Source of the DNA: Armatimonadota bacterium
Lineage (GTDB): Bacteria; Armatimonadota; UBA10988
Direction: 5' to 3'
Assembly (NCBI GenBank): GCA_016235455.1
Contig: JACRKZ010000026.1
Location: 1-64,000 of the forward strand
DNA: 64,000 nucleotides
The notes below the pieces were generated by a model that ran no database searches, was not told the origin of the DNA, and worked only from the letters and a program-made list of their open reading frames with translations. This document shows, in pieces, positions 18,664 through 26,354 of the stretch. Made by a program: the position numbers and the translations under genes. Every line of letters starts with the position of its first letter. Position 1 is the stretch's first letter.

Positions 18664-21024
18664 TGCGCTTCCGCCCTGGTGCTCCTGGCCGCCGGCTCGC
18701 TGCTCGCTCCCGGCGCTGACTCGCTGCAGCCGCTCGCCCATCCCCGCCTGCGCTTCGATGGCGTCGTGGCCCCGCGCATCGCCGCCAACGTCGACCACTG
18801 GCTGCTCACCGCACCCGATGCCAATCCCGGCATGCTGGCCATGTTCGCCCTGCGCGACCGCCAGCCCGAGCCGCAACTCGTGCCCTGGGCCGGTGAGTTC
18901 GCCGGCAAGTACCTGCTCAGTTGCGTGGCCGCGCTGGGCATGACCGACCGGCCCGACCTGGCCGAGCACACGCGCCGTTTCGTGGCCCAACTGATCGCCT
19001 CGCAAGCCGACGACGGCTACCTGGGCCCGTTCCCCAAGGCCCGCCGCCTGCTCGGCGACTGGGATCTGTGGGGCCACTACCACGTCATGCAGGGATTGCT
19101 GGCCTGGTATGACCACAGCGGCGACGAAGCCGCCATGGCCGCGGTGCGCCGGGCCGCCGATCTGGTCTGCCGCACCTACCTCGACGCGAACAAGCGCGTG
19201 CTCGACGCGGGTTCGCCCGAGATGAACATGGCCATCAGCCATGTGCTGGCCGAGCTGCACCGCCGCACGGGCGAGCCGCGCTACCTGACCCAAACGCTGG
19301 AGATCCTGCGCGACTGGGAGAAGGCGGGCGACTACCTGCGCTGCGGCGAGGCCGGCGTGCCGTTCTATCGCACGCCACGCCCGCGCTGGGAGAGCTTGCA
19401 CGACCTGCAGGCGCTGGCCGAGCTGTGGCGCGTGAGCGGCGAGGAGCGCTATCGCCGCGCGTTCGAGAGCCACTGGCGCACCATCCGCGATTTCGACCGG
19501 CGCAACAGCGGCGCCTTCTCAGGTGGCGAGCAGGCCACCGGGAACGCGTTCACCCCGTCGGCCATCGAGACCTGCTGCACCGTGGCCTGGATGGCACTGA
19601 GCGTGGACATGCTGCGACTCACCGCCGACCCCACGGTGGCCGACGAACTGGAACTGTCCACCTACAACGCCGCCCTGGCCGCGCAGCATCCCAGCGGCCG
19701 CTGGTGCACCTACAACACACCCATGGACGGCGCGCGCCTGGCCAGCGCCCACGACATCGTCTTCCAGGCCCGCGCCGGCACGCCTGAGCTGAACTGCTGC
19801 TCGGTCAACGGGCCGCGCTCACTGGGCATGCTGAGCCAGTGGTCGGTGATGCGCGCCGACCAGGGGCTGACGGTGAACTGGCTGGGCCCGATGACCGCCA
19901 CGCTGCCCGGCGGCACGCTGACCGTCACCGGCGACTACCCGCGCGCCGGCCAGATCATGGTGCGCCTGCAGGCCCGGACGCCGACCGCCCTGCGTGTGCG
20001 CATGCCTGCCTGGGCCGAGGGCGCCACAGCCCGCCTGAACGGCAAGTCGGTCGCGGCGCGGCCGGGCACCTACCTGGCCGTGCCGGCGGCCGCCGAGACG
20101 ACCGTGGCGCTCGACCTGCCGCTGCCGCTGCGCTGCCTCGATGGCCAGCGGGAGCAGTTCGGCAAGGTCAGCGTCTATCGCGGGCCACTCCTACTGGCCT
20201 GGGACCAGCTCGACACCGCCTTTGACGAGCAGCAGACGCCCCGGCTCGACACTGCTCGGCTGGCCGCGGCCAAGGTGGTCGGCACACCCACGGGCGACGC
20301 CCTGGCGCCGTGGCTCTGGGTCGACGTGCCCGCCGGCGACCAGCCCTTGCGCCTGCGCGACTACGCCTCGGCGGGCAGCCGCGGCGAGCGCTACCGCTCG
20401 TGGCTGCGCGTGCCGGGCCATGATGTGGCGCTCGGGCCGGATGCCCTGATCGTCGCCGCGCCGCTCCGGGCCGACGCCAAGCCGACCTGCGGCGTGCTGG
20501 TCAACGGCCAGTTCGCTGCGCTGCCGGCCGGCGATGGGCTGCGGCTCAACGGGCGCGATCAGATGCTCACCTATGCCCTGCCCGAGCCGTTCGGTCCCGA
20601 CTTCACCGTGGCGCTACGCGTGCTGGTGCGCGAGCTGCCAGCCGAGGGCCACCTCGGCCAGCTGATCAGCGCCTGGTGCGCCGGCGGCGACGACCCGATC
20701 CGCGTGACGCTCGATCGCGGCAAGCTCTATGCGCGCATCGAGGGTGGCGGCTTCCACGGCACCAGCGGCGCCGAGCTCGGCCTGGGCGCGTGGCATCGCG
20801 TGGCGGCGGTCAAGACTGGCGCCAAACTCCGCCTGTATGTCGACGGCGCCGCGGTCGGCGAGGCCGACGTGCCGGCGGCGGTCACCACCGGCTCGCGCCT
20901 GTTGGCCGTGGGCGGCAACCCGCTCTACACCGGCCAGCCGGAGTTCGCCGCCATCGATGTGGCCGACCTGCTGGTGCGTGGTCGCGCGCTGAGCGCCGAG
21001 GAGGTGGCGGCCCTGGGCCGGTGA
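18661..21024 (+). CDS. GH127-like (beta-L-arabinofuranosidase family) glycoside hydrolase with a C-terminal LamG/ConA-like domain
   Basis: WAGEFAGKY, DGYLGP, ETCC and NCCSVN catalytic/Zn motifs, YRGPLLLA; WHRVAAV..LRLYVDG..RALSAEEV LamG signature. Confidence 0.88.
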   Translation: MCASALVLLAAGSLLAPGADSLQPLAHPRLRFDGVVAPRIAANVDHWLLTAPDANPGMLAMFALRDRQPEPQLVPWAGEFAGKYLLSCVAALGMTDRPDLAEHTRRFVAQLIASQADDGYLGPFPKARRLLGDWDLWGHYHVMQGLLAWYDHSGDEAAMAAVRRAADLVCRTYLDANKRVLDAGSPEMNMAISHVLAELHRRTGEPRYLTQTLEILRDWEKAGDYLRCGEAGVPFYRTPRPRWESLHDLQALAELWRVSGEERYRRAFESHWRTIRDFDRRNSGAFSGGEQATGNAFTPSAIETCCTVAWMALSVDMLRLTADPTVADELELSTYNAALAAQHPSGRWCTYNTPMDGARLASAHDIVFQARAGTPELNCCSVNGPRSLGMLSQWSVMRADQGLTVNWLGPMTATLPGGTLTVTGDYPRAGQIMVRLQARTPTALRVRMPAWAEGATARLNGKSVAARPGTYLAVPAAAETTVALDLPLPLRCLDGQREQFGKVSVYRGPLLLAWDQLDTAFDEQQTPRLDTARLAAAKVVGTPTGDALAPWLWVDVPAGDQPLRLRDYASAGSRGERYRSWLRVPGHDVALGPDALIVAAPLRADAKPTCGVLVNGQFAALPAGDGLRLNGRDQMLTYALPEPFGPDFTVALRVLVRELPAEGHLGQLISAWCAGGDDPIRVTLDRGKLYARIEGGGFHGTSGAELGLGAWHRVAAVKTGAKLRLYVDGAAVGEADVPAAVTTGSRLLAVGGNPLYTGQPEFAAIDVADLLVRGRALSAEEVAALGR

Positions 21025-21049
21025 ACCGGGTCGGCGACGGAGTGCGCCC

Positions 21050-22852
21050 ATGCTCACACTGCTGCTGACTGCCTGCCTCGCCGGACCGGTCGGACCGGTT
21101 GGCCCGGTTGGACCGGTCGGCGGGCTCGAACGGTCCGAAGTCGTCTTCATGTTTGGCGGCACGACCGAGGTGTACAAGGCCTACGGCGGCACGTTCCGCT
21201 CGTGGGGCGGCAGCGCAAGCACGGACTCACCCGAGGCCCTGGCGGCCTTTGGCAAGAGCAGCCTGGACCCGGCGCGCGCCGCCGGCATGCGCTATGCCAC
21301 CGGTCTGGCCTTCCGCACGGCCTTCGCCGGCATGATCGATTACGACCCCAAGTTCCTGGAATCGGTGACGCGCGACCTGGACGGCCAGCCGATCCTCGTG
21401 CCCTGGCTGTGGGATCACAAGCACAAGGGGCACGGCGCCTACTGGTTCTGCACCAACACGCCGGGCTATCGCGAGTACCTCAAGTACCAGGCGCGACGCG
21501 CCGCCGTGCGTGACTCGGCCGGCGTCATGGCCGAGGGGCTGCACATCGACGACTACGGCGGCACCTCGGGCTGTCCCGGCGGCTGCTTCTGCCCCTCCTG
21601 CATGACGGCCTTCGCCGCCTGGCTGCCGGCCCACGCCACGGCCGAGGACCTGCGCGCCGCCGGGCTGACCGCCTGGGATGGTTTCGACTACGGCGCCTGG
21701 CTCAAGACCAAGGGCATCACCGCGCAGACGGTGAAGGAGAAGCGCTGGACGGTGCCGCTGAACACGCTCTACCAGACCTTCCAGGTGCAGGCCGCGCGCG
21801 ACTGGGTGGCCGAGATCAAGCGCTACAGTGAGCAGATCCGCGGCACCCGGCTGCTGCTCAGCGTGAACTCCAGCGCCACCTCGGCCGACAGCCTGGTCAT
21901 CGCGCCGGTCATCGACTTCTTCTGTGGCGAGGTGGACCACCACGCCGAGCGCGACGCCGTGCCCGACGAGCCGGTGTTCGTGGCCAAACTCACCGACCAA
22001 CTGGGCAAAGGCTCCGCCTGGACCGGCTCGGGCACCGACTGGGCCTATGTCAAAGAGAAGAACCGGCCGGGCCTCGTGCGCACCTGGGTGGCCCAGAGCT
22101 ACGCCACTGGCTACCGGCTCATGGCGCCCAACCACCAGTGGTGCTACACCAAGGACAAGGGCACGCACTGGTACGACTCCCAGCCGGGCGACTACGACTG
22201 GCTGTACCACTGGGTGCGCGACCATCGCGACCTGTTCGACGGCTACGACCCTTACGACGGCGGCACGGTGGCCATCTACTCCAACCCCGCTTTCCGCCGC
22301 TGGCAGCGGCAGCTCATCGACACGGTCGGCTGGCTGACCGCGGCCAACCAGCCCTTCCGCCTGGCGCTGGCCGGCGACGACTGGCTGCCGAATCGCCTCA
22401 ACGCCGCCGAACTGGCCCGAGCCAGAGCCGTAGTGCTCCGCGAGCCCGCCAGCCTCGACGCCGAGCAGCGCCGGCTGGTCGACGCGCAGGGCGACCGGCT
22501 GGTGCTCATCCCCGACAAGCCCGACGCCGCCGCGCTGGACGCCGCACGGACCAAGCTCGACCGACTGGCGCCATCGCCGGTGAGCGTGGAAGGCGCGACG
22601 GGCGTGGTGGTCATGCCACGCGTGAAGGCCGGCGCGCCGACCGTGCTACACGTGCTCAACCGCAACTACGACGCCGCGACCGACGACGTACGGCCGTTGG
22701 CGGGTGTCAATCTGCGGCTGAGCGGCGACCTGGCGGCCAGGCGCGCGCGCATCGTTGCGCCGCGCCAGGCTGACCGCGTCGTGCCGGTCGAGCGTGGCGT
22801 GCTGGTGCTTGATCAGCTCGGGTTGTGGGCGGTAGTGGTGCTGGAGGGTTGA
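21050..22852 (+). CDS. Secreted hypothetical glycoside-hydrolase-like protein (TIM barrel plus trimerisation-like C-terminus)
   Basis: Short signal peptide; WFCTNTPGYREY, GLHIDDY, GCFCPSC (GH42-like Cys cluster), DFFCGE, VLHVLNRNY. Confidence 0.7.
   Translation: MLTLLLTACLAGPVGPVGPVGPVGGLERSEVVFMFGGTTEVYKAYGGTFRSWGGSASTDSPEALAAFGKSSLDPARAAGMRYATGLAFRTAFAGMIDYDPKFLESVTRDLDGQPILVPWLWDHKHKGHGAYWFCTNTPGYREYLKYQARRAAVRDSAGVMAEGLHIDDYGGTSGCPGGCFCPSCMTAFAAWLPAHATAEDLRAAGLTAWDGFDYGAWLKTKGITAQTVKEKRWTVPLNTLYQTFQVQAARDWVAEIKRYSEQIRGTRLLLSVNSSATSADSLVIAPVIDFFCGEVDHHAERDAVPDEPVFVAKLTDQLGKGSAWTGSGTDWAYVKEKNRPGLVRTWVAQSYATGYRLMAPNHQWCYTKDKGTHWYDSQPGDYDWLYHWVRDHRDLFDGYDPYDGGTVAIYSNPAFRRWQRQLIDTVGWLTAANQPFRLALAGDDWLPNRLNAAELARARAVVLREPASLDAEQRRLVDAQGDRLVLIPDKPDAAALDAARTKLDRLAPSPVSVEGATGVVVMPRVKAGAPTVLHVLNRNYDAATDDVRPLAGVNLRLSGDLAARRARIVAPRQADRVVPVERGVLVLDQLGLWAVVVLEG
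21083..21118 (+). repeat. 9-bp tandem repeat x4 encoding (Gly-Pro-Val)4
   Basis: GGACCGGTC GGACCGGTT GGCCCGGTT GGACCGGTC directly after the signal peptide. Confidence 0.85.
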
Positions 22853-22882
22853 GCCCCGACCGGGTCGGTCAGGGCGCCCGGC

Positions 22883-24733
22883 TCATGGCGCGTTGAAGTC
22901 GAGTGTCTCCGACTGCCCGCCGAACCGTAGCGTCACCAGGCCGCTGCCAAAGTCGGACTGGATGAATGGACTGTCGAACACCCGGCGCGGCGCGTAGTCC
23001 AGTGCCTGGCCGTCGACAGCCGGGGGCTGACTGTAGTCAGCAAAGAGCGACAGCGTGGTGTGGTGGAGCGCGCTGGTGTAGTCTAGGCGGGGCCCGGTCC
23101 AGCGGAGCGGATTGGCCACGATGGCCGCCTGGAAGGCCGCGAAGTCGGCATAGTCGCCGCGCCGTGCCACCTCGAGGATGGCCGGCGCGAAATCGTCGCC
23201 GCAGCTCAGCCACATACCGCGGTCGGTGGCGCCCTTGCCCTCGCGGTGCTGCTCGACCGAGTCGGGCTGCCAGACCGTCTGACCACGCGTCACGCGCACC
23301 GCGGCATACGCCTGGGGTGCCTCGGCGAAGACCCATCCGTCGTGTTCGGCACGCTTCAGCCCAGCGTCGAACCACAGTCGGTGGCCCTTGGCGTTGCTGC
23401 CCTTCAGGCGCTGGACGATCAACACACCGCGCTTCTGCACCGACCAGTAGGCGTTATACACGCTGCCACGAGCCGGCTGAAGCGGCTGGGCGTAGATGCG
23501 CGCGGTGCGCGAGCCGGCGAAGACCACGCCGTCCCAGCGGTTCTGGCTGCTGATGTTGGTCCAATCGGCCTGCGTCAGCGCGGGCACCATGCTGGTGCCG
23601 AGGATGTAGTCGGGCGTGCCGTAAGTGTAGCGCAGCACCCCGGCGTCGGCCGCCACGCGGTAGACGCCGGTCGCGGAGTAGAAAGGGTGTTGCGGGTCGG
23701 CCACGAAGTTGGCCGGCGGCCCAGGCTGAGCCCGGCCGGGCCGGCGCGAGAGTGACTCGTGGACGCCGTGACCGGCCACATCGTGGGCCAACGCGTCGAC
23801 CAGCGGCGAGGGTCGCCAGAAGGTCGTCGCGGCACACATGTGCGAGGGGTGCTGACTGCGCGCGGGTCCCAGGCCGAAGGGATACCAGGCCGCGCCCATC
23901 ATGCTGCCGCCCTCGGTCGAGTCGCTGCCAGGGTAGCAGCGGTGGCGGCTGCCGCCGCGCAGACCGTCGATCTGCTCGGCTGCCCAGTCCGCCCAGAACA
24001 GCTCCAGCAGTTGGCTCATCTGTCTGCGCAGGGCGGCGTCTTCGGCGAAGTCGGCCAGGTTGTACCAGCCGCCGAGGGTGTACTTGTTGTAGCCAGAGTT
24101 GCACTCGACCAGCAATCCCTGGCTGGCACGAAGGCGGGCGTAGCGGCGGAAGTAATCGTCGAACACCGCGGCCATCTGGCCGGTGGAGGTGCCATCGGCG
24201 TAACGGCGGGCGCGGTAGGCCGGGTGGCGGGCGAAGATCTGCGCCGCCCCCCAGAAGCTGCCCCAGGCCTGGGCGTGGTGATTTTCGCTGCCCCACACCC
24301 ACTGGTCGCGCTCGGGCAGAGTCATCTCCAGTCGACAGCGCGGCTCGGCCCACTGCCAGAGCATGTCCAGCAGCGCGGTCTCGGCCGCCGGGCTCATGCG
24401 TCCCGGCCAATGGTGGCTGCCGCTGCCAAACAGGAACCAGATTCGCTCGAGCAGGTAGGCATGCCAATGGAAGCCTCCCTCCTTGAGCGACACGGGGAAG
24501 TCTTCGGCGCGCTCTGCCAGCAGGGCCTGGTCGGCCTCGGCGGTGCGCTCGTTGAGCCAATAGGCAGCGAGCGCGAAGTCCTCCTGCCGCCAGCAGCCCT
24601 CGCCGGGATACGGTTTGGCGAGTTGGAGCCGCAGCATCTCCGTGCAGCGTTGCGTCTGCGCATCGCCGGGCGCTGACCAGACCGGCGCGCTGACGGCCAG
24701 CGCCGCCAGCAGAACCCATGACCTTGGCTTCAT
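22883..24733 (-). CDS. Secreted hypothetical protein, possibly polysaccharide-lyase-like (helical N-half, beta C-half)
   Basis: Canonical Sec signal MKPRSWVLLAALAVSAPVWSA; SENHH, ECNSGYNKY, GSRHRCY motifs. The function is an inference. Confidence 0.65.
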   Translation of the reverse strand: MKPRSWVLLAALAVSAPVWSAPGDAQTQRCTEMLRLQLAKPYPGEGCWRQEDFALAAYWLNERTAEADQALLAERAEDFPVSLKEGGFHWHAYLLERIWFLFGSGSHHWPGRMSPAAETALLDMLWQWAEPRCRLEMTLPERDQWVWGSENHHAQAWGSFWGAAQIFARHPAYRARRYADGTSTGQMAAVFDDYFRRYARLRASQGLLVECNSGYNKYTLGGWYNLADFAEDAALRRQMSQLLELFWADWAAEQIDGLRGGSRHRCYPGSDSTEGGSMMGAAWYPFGLGPARSQHPSHMCAATTFWRPSPLVDALAHDVAGHGVHESLSRRPGRAQPGPPANFVADPQHPFYSATGVYRVAADAGVLRYTYGTPDYILGTSMVPALTQADWTNISSQNRWDGVVFAGSRTARIYAQPLQPARGSVYNAYWSVQKRGVLIVQRLKGSNAKGHRLWFDAGLKRAEHDGWVFAEAPQAYAAVRVTRGQTVWQPDSVEQHREGKGATDRGMWLSCGDDFAPAILEVARRGDYADFAAFQAAIVANPLRWTGPRLDYTSALHHTTLSLFADYSQPPAVDGQALDYAPRRVFDSPFIQSDFGSGLVTLRFGGQSETLDFNAP

Positions 24734-24811
24734 GCCTGCTTATCCCCAGGGCGCGGCTCCACGCCTCAGCGCAGCCGGCGCTGGCTCTGCCTGAGGCGGA
24801 TGGCGCGGCGG

Positions 24812-25924
24812 CTAGCCCTCGGCGGCTCCGAAGGCGCCCGAGATCCACGTATCCTTGTCACGGATGATAGCCTGCGGCGGAAGCTGCTCGTGCTGCGTGG
24901 TCACGCCCTCGTGCTTCTTGACCGCCGTGCCGATGGCCATGAACTCCAGCAGGTTGCCGATCTCGTGGATGTGCACCTTGATGCCCAGCACATCGTCGGC
25001 GCCGATGGCTTCCGCTTCGCGCCGGATCAAATCGATGGCGTGCTCGCGCGCGTCGTAGACCAGCGAGGTCAACTCGGAGATCTCGCCGCGGGCCAGCGCC
25101 TTGAGCGCCGAGGTGATGTTGCCCACCACGCCGAGCGAGTAGACCGCCGTGCCCATGACCAGCTTGAGCGGCATGTACCCCATGCGCGCCACGTTCCACA
25201 TCTCCTCACAGGTCAGGTCGCTGGAGGTGGGATTCTCGGTGCACTCGGGCGGTAGCGCCGGGTTGTGGCTGGCGGTGCCCATCATGATCATCTCGTGCGC
25301 GCCGCCAAACGGCATCAGCACGGTCTGCACGCCGACCACAGCGTTGGCGCCCACGGCGCGCGCCTGGCGCGTCAGGCGGGTCAGCGCGGTGTGGCGAGTG
25401 CGGTTGAAGGTGTCGGAGAACTCCTTGATCTCGCCGCGCCCCATGGACTTGAGCCCGCCCAGAATGCCGCCGCCGACGCCGATCGAGTAGGCGATGTTGC
25501 CGAACACGAACGACTTGGGCACGTAGCCGGCATCGAGCTGGCAGTAGAGCTCCTGCCCATCGCTGCTGGTCGTGAACTGGAGTGCCTCGGTGCCCGGCTG
25601 CTCGCGATGCACGCAGGAGGCCACCGAGATGAACTCGGTGTTGCCGTGGAAGTGGCGCAACTCGCTGGTCACGCTGGTCACACCCACGCCGCCGTGGCGC
25701 TTGGCCTCCTCCAGCAGGCGCTGGTAGGACTGCTCGCGCCCGTCATGGATGAGCTGCGTGAGCTGGGTCACTTCGCCGCCACACAGGTTCTGCACCCCGG
25801 ATGCCAGGTTGCCCAGTACACCCATGGAGTAGACGCTGTTGCCGATGATCAGCTCACCCGGCGACATCCCCTTGAGATGCAGACAGAACATCTCGTTGCC
25901 GGACATACCAGACATGACTGCCAT
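24812..25924 (-). CDS. YbjQ-like (heavy-metal-binding-domain family) protein with three tandem domains
   Basis: Three units, each ending in GE(V/I)xE...R..A..R...A...GA.AV.GV and ..GTA. Confidence 0.85.
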   Translation of the reverse strand: MAVMSGMSGNEMFCLHLKGMSPGELIIGNSVYSMGVLGNLASGVQNLCGGEVTQLTQLIHDGREQSYQRLLEEAKRHGGVGVTSVTSELRHFHGNTEFISVASCVHREQPGTEALQFTTSSDGQELYCQLDAGYVPKSFVFGNIAYSIGVGGGILGGLKSMGRGEIKEFSDTFNRTRHTALTRLTRQARAVGANAVVGVQTVLMPFGGAHEMIMMGTASHNPALPPECTENPTSSDLTCEEMWNVARMGYMPLKLVMGTAVYSLGVVGNITSALKALARGEISELTSLVYDAREHAIDLIRREAEAIGADDVLGIKVHIHEIGNLLEFMAIGTAVKKHEGVTTQHEQLPPQAIIRDKDTWISGAFGAAEG

Positions 25925-25960
25925 CACGAGTCTCCCACTTGGCCTCGCAACACACAGCGT

Positions 25961-26014
25961 TTACCCCGCGCGAGGAGTTCCCGGTCGGGGTGACTCGCTC
26001 TCGTCACCTTGCAT
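25961..26014 (-). pseudogene. Possible remnant of a HEPN/DUF86 toxin gene (17 codons)
   Basis: Its ATG overlaps the MNT stop (TGATG) and reads MQGDESESPRPGTPRAG*, in the position where the HEPN partner normally lies. Confidence 0.3.
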
Positions 26015-26310
26015 CAGGCCGCGCGCACGGCCTCATTCTCGATGTCCTCTCGCCAGCGTTCACGGACCGCGCTGCGCTCCACCAGATCCACTTTCACCCC
26101 GAGCAGGTCCTCGAGCGCGAGCTGGATGCCGACAAAGCCGAACCGGCTGACCCGCTTGGCAGGATCCAGGTCTACCAGCATGTTGACATCGCTATCCGGC
26201 CCTGCCTCGCCTCGAGCAACCGAGCCGAACACCGACAGACCCGCAATACCCAACTCGGACAATTCGACGCGGTGCGTCGCCAGTACGGCCCTGACCTGCT
26301 CCAGTGTCAT
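26014..26310 (-). CDS. Minimal nucleotidyltransferase (MNT, MntA-like antitoxin)
   Basis: 98 aa; GAAGGAG RBS; LSVFGSVARGEAGPDSDVNMLVD, LEDLLGVKVDLV. Confidence 0.88.
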   Translation of the reverse strand: MTLEQVRAVLATHRVELSELGIAGLSVFGSVARGEAGPDSDVNMLVDLDPAKRVSRFGFVGIQLALEDLLGVKVDLVERSAVRERWREDIENEAVRAA

Positions 26311-26354
26311 TGCGGCTCCTTCTGCTCTGACTCCAGTATGCGCCCGACTTGGGG

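Noticed and set aside
21083-21118. Short repeats here and at 6500-6565 as possible CRISPR or IS ends
   Set aside because: No repeat-spacer periodicity, and no cas or transposase genes anywhere in the window.
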